A program made the translations under genes and the position numbers. The notes under the pieces are model-generated. The model was not told where the DNA came from. It did no database searches and worked only from the letters and a program-made list of their open reading frames with translations. Below are positions 37,932 to 51,205 of a DNA stretch of 64,000 bases, piece after piece (the stretch's first letter is position 1; each line of letters starts with the position of its first letter). The DNA is from Lingula anatina (taxonomy: Eukaryota > Animalia > Brachiopoda). The DNA lies in the NCBI GenBank assembly GCA_051362555.1, contig CM120641.1, positions 12,152,001 to 12,216,000 on the forward strand. Reading direction: 5' to 3'.

Positions 37932-38527
37932 ATTGTAATTTTTCTTAAGCTGCACCATTCTTCGTCAAACATGTCCATTGTGAGCGGTTATATATACATT
38001 AATCACATCCTCACATTAGGTGAAAAAGAATGTTACCTGTCTTTGATCGACAAAGTATTAAAAAAGAAAGCAGAAAGATTTAAGACATCAGAAATGCCAA
38101 AAATGAGGTGACAGACAAAGTGTATATTTTTGTGTCCTTCATTTTGCTTACCAACTAATGAGTTTATCGCTGTTATCAATAAAACTGTAACCTTTAAGAT
38201 ATAATTGGTTTATGATGCACAGTTATGAGGCTTAAAGCGATTTGATTTTGGTTTCAAATGCAGTCCCTTCCCGTCTGCCTGCCCGGTACCAATGCTGCCA
38301 TTGCAGACCTTTCAACGTCTTCGCCATTTTGAAACAACCAAGAAGCCTTTTGGCGGACGTAGAATTCAATTGTAAAGTTATGCAGGAGAAGGTAATGGAG
38401 GTACCGGTCTTTTGAAAGAAAGAAAAAAAGAAAGAATGAAATGAATTAAAACAAATTAAAAAAAAACATTGGCAATTAAAATTTACCAGTTGTGATATTC
38501 AATTTCATGACGACGTACAGGTATTTG

Positions 38528-38740
38528 GCTCTATTCCCATAGATTTTAGATCGATCTATCCCCGCGGGGAGTCTCACTAGATTACTTTCAGATAATCCGA
38601 CTTAAATGTCCGTCCCGCCTACTACAAGCTGTAAGGGGTAATTAACTTTCGTGTCCGCCCGGCTGACAGCTATTTAGCGTGAACCCCCAGGGACTTAGGT
38701 CGATCCAAAGTAGGTCGATCTAATCTATGGAAATGGGGTG
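38528..38740. mobile_element. Degenerate hairpin MITE
   Basis: Imperfect arms TTCCCATAGATTTTAGATCGATCTA / TAGGTCGATCTAATCTATGGAAA; no clear TSD. Confidence 0.5.
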
Positions 38741-39033
38741 TTTGTCTATCCTAATAAGCCTCAGTGCTTTGCAAACTATATGCAGTTACCATATGTCCTA
38801 ATTAAGAACATAAGTGTCCGAGTGTGAAATGCAGCGTATGTTAATTTTCACCAGTATATTATGCACATCCGCCACACGCTGTGAGACAAAGTTTTCTAAC
38901 TCCTGCAATTTATCACAGTACCGGTAGTGCAGCAGGACTGTTATTTGTTTCTGAGCAACGTACTTGTTTGCTATGGCCTTTAACACTATCCCCATACCAT
39001 ACAAAAGTAATTAACGCTGATTTATTATTTTAG

Positions 39034-39141
39034 GTAAAATTAACAGTAGCAGCGCAAGATATCAGAAAACATAACAGAGACATTTTCAGTTTGTTGCTGG
39101 CCACAATGGAAGATGAAGACATGTCGTGCCTGAAGACCATG
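39034..39141 (+). CDS. Orphan gene, candidate exon 4
   Basis: ttattttag|GTA AAA...ATG|gtgagt, 108 nt, phase 0->0; VKLTVAAQDIRKHNRDIFSLLLATMEDEDMSCLKTM. Confidence 0.55.
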
Positions 39142-39450
39142 GTGAGTATTACTGCAATCTTTGTTATTTCAAAAACCAAACTATTGAATAATTATGCAAT
39201 ATACACAGTAGTTTAGCTAATTATCTCAGTTGACAAAGGTGCATAGGATCATGAATGTGAACTACTTTTGTTATACACAAAGCAGATATTGTTTTGTCTA
39301 TAATTATTGATACCAACATTATGGGCTCGGTATTTTTCTTGAAGTAGGCTAAAACATGGTTTTTAAGTTATGTACAAATAGTTTGAATCTCAGTAAGATA
39401 TACGTGAGAAGAGCGATAAACACTACTTAAATGCGTACATTTTTTTCTAG

Positions 39451-39472
39451 GCAAGTGGCAGAACTCTCCCAG
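39451..39472 (+). CDS. Orphan gene, candidate microexon 5
   Basis: ttttttctag|GCA...CCA G|gtaaaa, 22 nt, phase 0->1. Confidence 0.5.
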
Positions 39473-39647
39473 GTAAAACAGTCGCTAAAATTAAATCAGT
39501 GTAAGTTGACTAGAACAACCTTGAAGTGAGCTCTGATAATGGCGCAATGTAACAATAAGATTTAGCCACTCTAGAAGTTTACAATAAATCACAACAAACA
39601 CAATTTGGATAAATTTGTGAAGATTGTTGAATGTGCTTTTTCCACAG

Positions 39648-39776
39648 AAGTACGTGGGTCTTCAGTATCGTCAATGGAAGTTAAAAAAGGCAGTGAAACC
39701 AGTGGTGTTTTTAGCTTATCGCACGCCGGAATAATGAGCGAGAAAAGAGCAGAGCGTGTATTCAACCTCAGAAAAG
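39648..39776 (+). CDS. Orphan gene, candidate exon 6
   Basis: ttttccacag|AA GTA...AAA G|gttcgt, 129 nt, phase 1->1, open. Confidence 0.45.
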
Positions 39777-40654
39777 GTTCGTGTGCAAATCCAATTGTTT
39801 ACCTACTGGTATTTGACTTTAGTGATCACACAAGACACAATTGCGTTGCAGGAACCACGACTTGTATAGGCTCTCATATACCTTTGCTGCATGGACGTAC
39901 AGTAGAACGTGATTCATCTAAAATAATTAACATAACGGTCACCAGAACAACAATATTTATTAGTGTATTTTACATTTAATATTAACCATAAACTACAAAT
40001 AGTCATTGACAATTTCTTTAAAACAGCGTGCTCTGGAAATTCAGATTGACATGTAATCACCATGAACATCAAAACAATCACTTGAACTTTTGATTTGCAA
40101 TTGTATTGATTACAGAAACGCAAGTCTGCCCCATTGTGGAAGAGAACGACAGACTGGATGGCAATAACAAAATTTACTATGAATATTCTTTTCCTGAACG
40201 AAAGCGAATTCGATCTAAAAGGGTAAGGTTTAGTGATTGTAAAGTATGCGCGCACTTAGGATGATGATGAGATGTTAGGTCCTAGATAACATATGACAGA
40301 AATGCCCAGGTATACATTTTTCGGCTTGAATGTGATGCTTGTCAAATTTAAATATGCTTCCGGTGCAAGACTTCATTAGTTGAAGAGATATGACAATATA
40401 TGACGATTTAAAAGCATGTAACGGTATTGTCTGAACCACCCAGCAATTGACCAAATATTACACCGTGGTATACAAACTTGTCGCAATTTTGAGTAATAAT
40501 AAACAGAAATCGATGTTCCTAAATTACGAATAATTGTGCAAACGTGATCTTCGCGTCACCTCAAAGCAAGGTCCTCTTATTTTTGTTTGGACATAGCCTT
40601 AATACATAGAATTATCTTTCTGCGACAGTTTGTGGGCAGCACACTGGGAAAAAC

Positions 40655-40850
40655 ATCCAAGTATCAATTGGTCCAAGTATCAAATAGGGCGGACCCTACA
40701 TTAAAGGAAGACCGCTTAATCCTGTAATGGTCTCTTCGCCTCTCACACGCATCGTCCTTGCAGGGGCACAGTAATTAAATCTCGGCTCCATTTGACCGGA
40801 CGCGTGGGGTCCACCATATTTGATCCTTGGACCAGTTGTTACTCGGATAT
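40655..40850. mobile_element. Degenerate hairpin MITE related to the 46940 element
   Basis: About 43-bp imperfect arms ATCCAAGTATCAATTGGTCCAAGTATCAAATAGGGCGGACCC / GGGTCCACCATATTTGATCCTTGGACCAGTTGTTACTCGGAT. Confidence 0.6.
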
Positions 40851-41408
40851 TCTATTCTAAATACCCCCGAGATATCTTGTGACCTACAATAGCGCGCTTT
40901 TGCTAAAGCCCAAGGCAACGTCGTTGGTCATGCCAGTGCCGGAGTAAAGTCTGTCAGAATAAAGGGACATCGTTTATGAAAAATTCCTCAGGGCGCCCTA
41001 GAATACCTACGAATATATCCAGTAAAATATTAGATTCTGCTGAATACTTTAATGATGATACATTTTACTGATATTGCCCAAAATATAAGCACATCGACTA
41101 AATTTATATTTTTAAGAGTCATTAAAGTCTATTTTTTTAGATATCTTTTAACAATGCTTCGGTCATTGATGGCTTATTATCAGCTATTTTGAATTTCTTT
41201 GAGCTGTCAGACATCAACTAAATTTTGCAAAATAAACGTTTTTTGCTTCATTTTCAGTCCATTACCTTTTTTTTTTTTTTTTGTGCCCCCAAATCACACA
41301 ACTCTTCAAAATTAAAATCGCTCTGCCTAAACGAAAATAAATCTGCTAACATTTACAGTAATACAAGCATTATGTAATTATGGTGGTATGTATGTATGTA
41401 TGTGCGTG

Positions 41409-41410
<2 letters not shown>

Positions 41411-41452
<42 letters not shown>
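41411..41452. repeat. (GT)n microsatellite
   Basis: visible run. Confidence 0.95.
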
Positions 41453-41453
<1 letters not shown>

Positions 41454-42279
41454 TGACATCCAAATGAAGTAATATGCTGCAGTTAATTAGGTGATTGTTT
41501 GTTGCACATAGGACACCCCTCCAATGTTAAATCATCCACTGAACGAAAAAGGTAAGTTGGTTGTGCCACACAGCGAAGAGATGTCGCTATGTTTAGTGCA
41601 TGAGAACACCATAGTATCATGATTAACTTGGATACCAATGCACCAGAGCACCTCTTCAATGTGTAAATCTTTATTTGGCCCAACATTTGTTTAACGTTCT
41701 TATTCAGATTACACTCCTGCTAAAATGATAGAATATCTGAGAAATAAGAGATATGGTTCTTATTTCAAAAGCTAATGTGAAGCCTATCACATTTTTATAT
41801 CGCAGACTTTGGCAAGTTATTTAGGTGAACACAATTCCTTTTGAACAGTGTTATGCAAAATCGATCAATCAGGTGCCGTGCCTGGTCCAAGCGATTACGA
41901 CGATATAACAACGAACCCTACTGTCACGTGATGTTTCTGCACAGTTGTTGGCCGTTAAACCTGTCCAAAAATTGTGAATGTGGTGATTTGTGCGCCAACG
42001 TTGTTTGCTTTGAAATCACTATTTGAATTGACTGTTCATCCAGCGGCATCGTACCAAACAACATATGTGGCCAAACGTCAGTACCTGTAACGTGACGGAG
42101 TCCCCCAAGATAGAGAGTCCCCTTCCCATTCATTTGTACAGGTAAGCCTTGCCCTAAATTTTGACCCGCTTAGGTCAGGCTAACCCTAACCATCATAACT
42201 AAATGGAAGGCGGACTTTCTGTTACACGGACCCTCAGTTTCGTTACACCGGTCGTACCATTAAATCTACAGCCTGGATA

Positions 42280-42975
42280 GATTGTATGCCCTACAGGATG
42301 CGTCACAGCAAATTGTCAATCTTCTGTCAGGGACAGGGCCAAAAACCCATCAAAACCAGAGTTTATAGAAGATCCGACAACAGAAGATTTCAGATTCGTG
42401 GCCAAAGCGAAGGGGAACTCAGAGGAAAATTTTTTGGCCCAAGAGAGGAAGAACAGCCGCTAGGAACGGACCCGACAACTGAACTCTGTTTTTGTTAAAT
42501 GCGCCATCGGAATCGCGTCTGATTTTTTTTTTTGATGAAGCAAGATTTCTTCTTTTTGTGTTGCTAGCAGATTTCATTTTCATGTCAACTTTGGAAGAGG
42601 TTTTTTGAAGACTGCGAGGTGAGAACTGTTGCCTACTAGCATATAGGGTGGTAGTTCTGTCCATCATTGGTTGCCCTTCCTTAATGATGCCATTCCTTAC
42701 GGAGGTCATTCCAATCTGGCGTTCTTCAGAGAAAGCGTGGCTGCCGTCGTCTACATGCAGGTTCTGGAGACAGAAATGGTGCTATTTGTTAGTTTAAGCT
42801 TTTTGTTTCGGCATGGCAATAATGCTCCACCTCATCATGCTCGCAGAGCACACCAATTTTTTAAAGACAAGGAGATTGAGCAAGTAGACTGGCCTGCTTA
42901 TTCTGATTTCACCCTGTTGGGATGCTTTAAACAGTGCTGTAAGGAAGAGCAGAGGTGCAGTCGACCACAGTAAAA
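42280..42975 (+). pseudogene. Decayed Tc1-family transposase
   Basis: FDEARF (first Asp motif, near 42530), HGNNAPPHHAR (DNAPxH-like) and IEQVDWPAYS (WPAxSPDL-like), with stops and frameshifts; TIRs not found. Confidence 0.75.
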
Positions 42976-44197
42976 TATTCAACATTTAAAGCAAGAGTAT
43001 AATTTTTACAACAAGTTCTTTGCCATAATTCTTTCATTCACCCATTCAATTTATTCCAATTTTGGATTTTATAAATGCCTAATTGAGGAAACTTTCTTCC
43101 ATATGCAAAACTATTTGGATTATGGACATCATGTACATTACAAGTTTATAATTCTACCACAATCATTTCCGAGTAAACTTTTGTCAGGTTGTTTTATTTC
43201 ACCGTTTTATTTTGTGTGTACGTGCACATTTGTCAGCTATCGTTGTTTTTATTTGCACAACTCGTGTTGACGGGGACACACGGCTATGTCAATTGGCGGG
43301 TCATGTGCATGTATAGGCGTGGGGGGAGGCTACCCCAACCCAACTTTCTAAGTACACTGTGCGTCAGTCAAATGTGCACTATTTTTTTTCTGAATGGTTA
43401 AAGGTATACTTTGTGCATTTGAAAGTTTCCAAAAGTGATATGTGTACATGTATTTATAAATGTCCTGCAAAGCTGCTTATCATATATATCCCAATTCAGA
43501 TCTTAAAAATAATAAAATCTCTAATGAAATTACCTGATGTCAACATTTCCTTCTCAAACGACAAGAAAACATGGCGGTCTAAATGAACCCAGGCGCGTTT
43601 AGAAGTCTTGCGATTAGAAATGGTACAAAATATAAAATCCAATTGCAGGGACGGATAAAGCAGTAATTCGTTAGTTGAGGGTTGGCACAAAAATTCCACA
43701 AGGAGTATCTTTAAACTCCTCACGCAGAATTTCTTGCATACGCTTTTGACAAGTCCCAGTAGATGTAGAGTACGGTGCGTAAGAAGGACCTAATTGGTGT
43801 CTAGCTTCTAGCTAGATATTACATCTGCCCATGATGAATGTTAATCACAGTTTTTTTTGCCCGGGATTTACAGTGCTGACGATAACTCTCCTTTACCAAC
43901 CGAGCTTTACGTCACCTTAATCATATAAGAAACAGTAAGCGGAGAGCTTGTTTCACTTTGCAGTTTGCTAACTATAATGGAGAGTGCTATCAGAATTTAA
44001 TTGAAGCAGAGGCCTTGCGTTTTGTCAATCTTGATTTGTTTTGAGTTTTTGTGTTTATACTAATTAATACGGGTTTTTGTATATTAGTGCGGGAGACTGT
44101 AATATTTTTGCGTGTGTGATAAAAATGTGATATTGTACCGAAAGACAATTACATAAAATAATAGACGTTTTTAATCAATCTACATTAATTTCCTTAG

Positions 44198-44251
44198 ATT
44201 TCCGTAAAGCAACAAGAAGTCTAGTAAATGGATGCTGTGTCGGATCATTAA
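44198..44251 (+). CDS. Orphan gene, candidate exon
   Basis: ttccttag|AT TTC...TTA A|gtaagg, 54 nt, phase 1->1, open. Confidence 0.35.
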
Positions 44252-44689
44252 GTAAGGATTCGTTACCAAAGACGTGGTGCAGTTGCCAGCGTTGTAAATT
44301 AAAGTGATTTCAAAGAATGTATGCATGATACCCAGCACGTTTTTTTTTTTTTTCAATTAAAAACGAATTATTGCTATAAGACGCACTGGTACTGACTTGA
44401 TTACATGTATTACAGTTGTTTCCAGCAAAATACCCTGCGTTTTTACACGGGTGTGAATTTACTTGGAATAGGAAACTCTTTCGTAATCGATATTGTCAGT
44501 AGTATCAGTCTTACTTTAATTAATGAAATGACGCGTAATAAACTGAACGCAGATGTTTTTCATTTCCGGTCTACTCTGGTTGTAACATAAAACGCTCGTA
44601 AATCATAATAACTTGTCTTTTTTTCATGACTGGAACAACGGAGCCGGTTGTTCTGATAAATTGCTTCCATTAAATAGACCTCTTTGCAG

Positions 44690-44863
44690 ATATAGGTCTC
44701 GCTAAGCACACGCTTGTGGAAAACGAAGATACCTTGCCACGACACAGGGTCCCCAAGAATTGCAGGAAGAGCGAGTTATCCTTGATAGAGGCCTGGAGAA
44801 GAGAGCATCACAGAGCAGACAACTTAAACTGCCCAGATTCAGTGTTCGATGACTATTATACAG
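44690..44863 (+). CDS. Orphan gene, candidate exon
   Basis: tctttgcag|AT ATA...ACA G|gtaagc, 174 nt, open only in phase 1->1. Confidence 0.55.
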
Positions 44864-46939
44864 GTAAGCGGAAATTTTTACAGAATTGAAAGTTAGATCA
44901 CAAATTGAAAAAAAACGTAAAAAACGTAATACCATGCCATTATCTTTACCAGCAATAGGTAGTGTCTTTGGATAAGTATATCACATTTGTCTTAATTATT
45001 CAGTGACTTGTATGCATGTGAGGTGACACCCGTAAAGGTAAGCAGTTTGCTTTGTTGCAGAGCTCATACATTTATAACACAGAAAATAAGTGAAAATATT
45101 GTTTAAATGATGCCAACATATTGTGTTTCACTACAGGCTCTTGCTGTTCCCGATATGCAACAGTCGAACATATTACCTGAAATATGTGCACTTCGTTAAT
45201 ATAGTTCTGTGTAAATAATTAGGCATCATATAAGCAGTGACTATGACGGCTGGTGAGAAATAAATTGAGCGCATACATTCTTCCGAATCAGTTGCCTCTG
45301 TACAATCCCCTAACGACCAGGGAGGATATATAATGTCTAGAAATCAGTTTTTCATTATAAATGACATCCATGGCAGGCAAATGCTGCGTCACTAATGGGC
45401 ATAATAGACCTGAAATAATACGTTCGAAGCCTAAAATTGCGTTCAGGACGTCTTTAAAAAACATTTAGTTAAATTTACCGAAAGGTTTTGACTGCACCAT
45501 CGACATCCTCGGAGCCCAAGTTACATGTCCGGTGAATGCCTAGCTTCGTTTTTTAATGTCCTTATCGATATGCTCGCTCATCAAGCATTGGCAATGAGTG
45601 TAACTTACTGGTGCGCGTCCATCAAAACATATGTCACCACAGCAACAATAACGTCTCTTTGTTGGCAGCGCTCTTGAGCGATGTATGCCGTTTGTTTTGC
45701 ACAAAAACATAACCTCCTTGGCGGAGGTATCTAGTACAATACCATGTGGTTCTCTGTGATACAAATATATACAAAGTGTAAATAGTAATATCACTTATAA
45801 TGTATCTATTAAACATAAGCAGTGACATCTTTTACTTGACACACAGCTTGTCTTCTCTCGTTTCCATCCACAAGCAGTTCAACTGTATGTAAAAGACGAA
45901 CCCTTTTCGTGCACTAACGTCACGATTGGATTAGCTTTGACATATATACAATCGAAACCGGACAGGTTAATGCATGTAAGCCATGCCTATCTGCAAAATG
46001 GGTATTTTCCACCCACACCCTGGGCTTTGTCTGCCCTAAGACTATTGACTGCATTTAGATAGGTCCAAATGATATATACTAAATTTTTGATTGTATTGTT
46101 TGCTTCTCTGCAAATTAATAATTCATTTTAATCGAGGGCTATTTACCAAAAATCTCCATTTTCATGGGAGTATCCAAAAGCTTGCTTTCAGATTACATAT
46201 GCGTTGTCCCTGTTTAACTTGCATCTTCATTGACCCAACTGTTCATATTTGCAAATTTTTAGGTCATACACAAGTTAGTCGTTATTATTTCCGTAAATTT
46301 CACAGATATAAAAAAAGTGTACCAACCTTTTTGAAAGCAGTGCATTGCCAAACGACAGGCATAGTTTTATTTTTGTTTTAAATGGTTGTCTAAGATAGTT
46401 TACTTCCAAATAAACCCCTTGGGCCGGTTTATCTTGCTTGTTATTGAACATTGATCTTTTCTTTTGATAAATGTCAATTTTCAGCCCGTAAATATGATCT
46501 TATTATACCAGAAAAATAGGCAACAGTGAATTTGTCTTCGGGACATTAAATCTTGATTTGGTGATGTTTTATAATTCCAATACGAAATAGTGATTTGAAA
46601 TGTTTTAAGCTAGAAGGGGGATTACGAAGCGTATTGATGACCATTAGACAAAATAGTAATTTGTGTATACCGCCGAAAATTGGAAGGATTTTCTTTGTGA
46701 CATGAAATCTTGGAAAATTATGATAAAGTGTGTGCAAATGCTGATATTGCCCCCTAGTAAAAAGTGTACGAGCAGGCACTTATGGGCCATGGTACGCATT
46801 ACTTTTCCTGGAGGACATACCTGATTGGTTGCTTTGTAAACTGTCCAAGTTGTGAGCCACCTGTTACGGCTTATAACTAGATCTGCCTAACAAATGATAG
46901 TCACGGGCTTCGATACAGCCTCAGGACATCGAGCACTTA

Positions 46940-47114
46940 GGCCGCATTCAGAACAGTGGACTAACTAGTCCGCGGGACAAATATGGCGACCCACTAAAAA
47001 GCTTGCAGTCTAATCCGCTAGTAGACACTGAATAAATTCCCCGAGGGGAAGTATTCAAGTGGGTCGGCCATATTTGACCCTCGGGCTAGTTAATCCACTG
47101 TTCTGAATGCGGCC
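46940..47114. mobile_element. PIF/Harbinger (Tourist-like) MITE
   Basis: TIR GGCCGCATTCAGAACAGTGGA (perfect 21 bp, about 55 bp imperfect); TTA TSD at 46937-46939 and 47115-47117. Confidence 0.85.
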
Positions 47115-48319
47115 TTACACTAGAGCAACAGATGTGATCTCCAGGTATGATGAACGAAAATGAATGACATCTCAATTACCAATGGATGCACACGTGCGCT
47201 AAATTATTCATGGACTAGGGGCTGTTTTAGTGTTAGAGTTCATCAAACTCTTCCGACACAACAAATATCTAGGACACTTATTTTTGTTTTCTGTGGATCA
47301 CAGATATGATTTTTATTTTGTCTCTAAACAAGGAACCTTAATCAACTCTACCTTTACCAGCAGATCAATAAATATTCTAAGTGATATGACCTCTGCACGT
47401 GTAGCCATTCCTGCGGCCTTTCTTAAATAATTGACACAATAATGTAGCGTGCATTAATATATATTGTTTTCTAATACACAAAAGTCGTGTGTAACAAAAA
47501 TTCGACGTGAAGCTTAAGATGTAATTGTTGTTGTCAGATTAACCAAGTTAATGTGTCAATTAACAAAATAATCAGACGCGTTTGGAAGACTAATTATAAA
47601 GGAATTAAGGAATTCAGTCCAATCTACAACTGATTGAGGTGGGGGCAAGCCTCAAAACTATCTCAACTCGGCTTTTTGACAGTATAATGTGTAATAATTT
47701 AAGTGAGTTATTCATTGACACTTTTGTGTGTGCTTGCAATTATTTGTCTTTTTTTTCATTCGACGTATGTCAATATTATGTAACTGTCCGGTCATAACCT
47801 TTATGATATGTGCTATGACCAACAAAGATTTTATTTTTATTACAAATGCTGACGGGTTCGAGGACACCAATTGCTGAGATATGATAGTGATGCTTTGAAA
47901 CTTGTCAGCTGCATGTATTACATGTATCATCTTATATTACTGCCTATACCGTCTTTAGTTGAAGTTTGATATAAATCACGCCCACTGGCGATCGCTGCCA
48001 GCTTTATTACAATAACACCCAGAGAAGTAATTGAAACAGGGATTCTGAAAATTAGCCTAACCACATTCCGCTGAGATTTACACGGATGCTACTTCACTTT
48101 ACAGGAACACGAGAGACCCTATTCAGAAAAATGGGACTATGTGATTGAAAGGAATTTCCTCGGCGACATCATTAAAAACCGATGGTGAAGAGTAAAGTGA
48201 TGTGAAAGGAAGGAATCTGTCGAGCATTCAATGCATTTTGTAAATTGAATTTCTCCTTTATTAGTAGTCCATATGAAACACACGTCAGCGTAAAGCTCAT
48301 TAGTCAAATTTCATTCCAG

Positions 48320-49048
48320 GAACCACTGAACAGGTGCTTAAGAGAGAAGACCATCGTCACAGCGAGGTGGAGAGAGCGAAAAGATCGTCACACTGGGAAA
48401 TAAATCCACGTGTGGGAGAAGAATCATCCTCAAAGGAAAGCGTAAAACAGATTTCTCCGAGATCAAGACGCTTGGCAGTCTCAAAATTATACGTGCTGCC
48501 TGAACGTGCTAATGTGGCTGAGAATAACGTCGACGCTCTAGTTGCCGTTGATACCTCGCGGCACCAGTCAACGAATTCGTCGTCACATTACGTTGCCATT
48601 GGTTGGGATAAGGTGGCAGGCAGTTGGAATACTGATGCCGAGGACAGCAGCAGGAACCTACCTACTGTGAAGACAACAGAAGGAAAAAGCAGATGTAGCA
48701 CAGGTGCTCCTGCGTGTAACATGGAATCCAATGTTGCTAAAGCTGAGGCAGAACCGCCAGAACAAGGAAAGGGTACTGAATGTGTTCGCTGTGCTAGTTC
48801 AAATATCAGTTCCGTGATTAAAAAGGATGGCGATCCACGTTGTCCAAAAAACCTACCAGTACAATCTGCCTGGTTAAATCTCCAAGAAGGAAAAGATAGT
48901 TGTAAAGGTGTCGCCCCAGGGATATCTGGCAAAAAAGGGACAGGCCATTTCACTAAAGCGGCAAAACCGAAGCCATTATTGCGGAAAGACACCCCTGCCG
49001 TAATTGAAAGACCAAAAGCTGTGTTGAAAAAAATTCCCTGCAAACTAG
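48320..49048 (+). CDS. Orphan gene, large exon encoding S/K/E/P-rich, probably disordered region
   Basis: ttcattccag|GA ACC...CTA G|gtaaat, 729 nt, phase 1->1; longest unexplained ORF in the window. Confidence 0.65.
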
Positions 49049-50591
49049 GTAAATATATTATTTTTCCTAAGAATTATCACTCTTTAATTCATATGGCGTT
49101 GTGTGTGTGTTTGTAAACTTACGCCCTTGTTTGCGTGCGTGTGTTGGGTCTATTAAGTACAGTGCATTCACCGATTTTTAATAGATCAAAATGCACACCA
49201 TTTCGTTCAGTTATACAGTGGCACAGCTGTGACACCTTCTGTTCCATCAGCCTTAATGGCAGTGAGAAATGAAGTAAAGTCGCATGTTCACATTCCTAAG
49301 TGATTACCATGGCCTTCAAGTACATGTGCAAATCCAATGTTTTCCATGCTGTTAACGGCCGTTAATGTATGGAGGTCCTATCCATCCTTTAACCGGCATG
49401 AATCTCGTGACAGATTGTTCTGAGATAGCAATCACTGAAGTAGCAGTATAGTTATTTATCAACAGAGCAATTTATAGGCGTTAGAACCGACATTTATGAT
49501 TTGATATTGGCTTGATACCCTCGTAAAAGCCAGTGATATTAAAACATCGATAAAGCTGCACATGACGAGAACTTGTCCATACTGGATTGGCAATAAAGGG
49601 TTTACGCAGTGGATCGCTTATCAAATCTTAATACATGTATGTGGATCCCATCCTCAAGTGCAAAAACGAACATTTCCTAACATTTTAAGTCACTGATCAG
49701 AAGTAAGTCTCGTGTATTTTTTTAACCTCCTAGGTTTAGCTTATCTTCTAAATTTATTTTAACGCCATTTGCCAAAGTGTATTCAACCTTCATTAACTCA
49801 GAGCAAAGCAAAAGCAAATGGAGTATGGGAATGGCGAACTACATGAATTGCATCGAGAACAATAAGTAGAATGTCTCTATTAAGATCAATATAACTTGGA
49901 ACTACAATGTAACTTGGCGCCAAAACAAGTAATGTGGAATTCTCCATAATATCTACTTCTCTTATGGAATTGAGTGGGTCTTGAGAGAGCGAGAAAGAGG
50001 GTTATTAATTCATATACTTTAGCAGAAAAAGTGCATTCCATTTCTCTCGATCCCCATCTCAACAGAATGCCCTCTACCTTTCCCAAACCAACAACTTACA
50101 AAAGAGAATTTGTCGTTTTTTTAATCAACATTTTCATTAAGGCAGTACATGTACGTGGAACTCATCCAGCTAAATTCCCATTACTCCGATGCTGCAATAT
50201 GCCAGAGACATGAAATTGAGATTGTTGATGCCGACTCGTAAACCGTACGACACGTCAAATGGTGCGAATAGATAAGTGCACAATTACCTCGATTTCTCTT
50301 TGATATTGCCTCTTTACAATTCTGTTATTGAAAACTAGTTTAGAATAAAAAAAAAATCGAGCGATGCTTTTATGATTTTGAGCAAACAAGTGGTAAGATT
50401 TGATGTGTTTCTTCCTTAGAATTGAATGGGGGCTATGTGAGGGCATTCGTGTGGTACGAAAGAACCATGCCATATCAATTATTCCTGGCCAAGGCTATTT
50501 ATTAATTCGTACAAAATAGGGGATGATCTCTCAATGTTATACGCCGCAAAAAATGCATATAAATATTTTGCTTATCTGTTGACATGATAGG

Positions 50592-50593
<2 letters not shown>

Positions 50594-50626
<33 letters not shown>
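50594..50626. repeat. (GT)n microsatellite
   Basis: visible run. Confidence 0.95.
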
Positions 50627-50629
<3 letters not shown>

Positions 50630-51146
50630 AAGGACAACCTTACATTTATATAGATCCTTTTGAAAGTTTCGATAAACGATTTTGACGTATAATGGTTTCA
50701 TTTTTTGAAAGTTATTTTTACTGTGTTAGAATGACATCGGCATCCTTATCCAACCATAAAGCGCCGTTTTTCATCCAGATTACTATATTTAGATAGAGAA
50801 TTGATAGTCTAGTCTTTTCTGTGTAACAGTGTTTTTTTGAAAACAGGTCTTTGTGAATGAATCGATTTAAGGTATCTTTTTAGTTTAAATTTCATGTCTA
50901 AAATAGCACATTGGCAAACTATAAAAAAATGTTCTTGCCATTTGGACATGTTTTAAATAGAAGAAATACCAGTGGGGTTGAAAAAAAAAAGGTAGTCAAA
51001 CAGACACGTATGTCTATGTTAAGACGTGTCTATATATTGTTTAACTACTGGGTATATTTAGCAGACCCTGCTGTTATTAATACTTGAATTAAGGTTTTCA
51101 TTCAAACAAATCCGCGGATAAGTTATGTTATCCACTTTTTTTAAAG

Positions 51147-51205
51147 GTGATGAAATTGTAACAGAGGAGGCAGAGGAGGCAGAAAGCGGTGGATCTGAAC
51201 ACTAA
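51147..51205 (+). CDS. Orphan gene, candidate terminal exon (alternative: 51728-51855)
   Basis: tttttttaaag|GT GAT GAA...CAC TAA in phase 1; the other phase-1 option is ggtag|GT GCT...TGA at 51728-51855. Confidence 0.3.

Noticed and set aside
48588-49043. 151-aa minus-strand ORF
   Set aside because: Antisense to the 729-nt exon, which has proper splice sites on the plus strand
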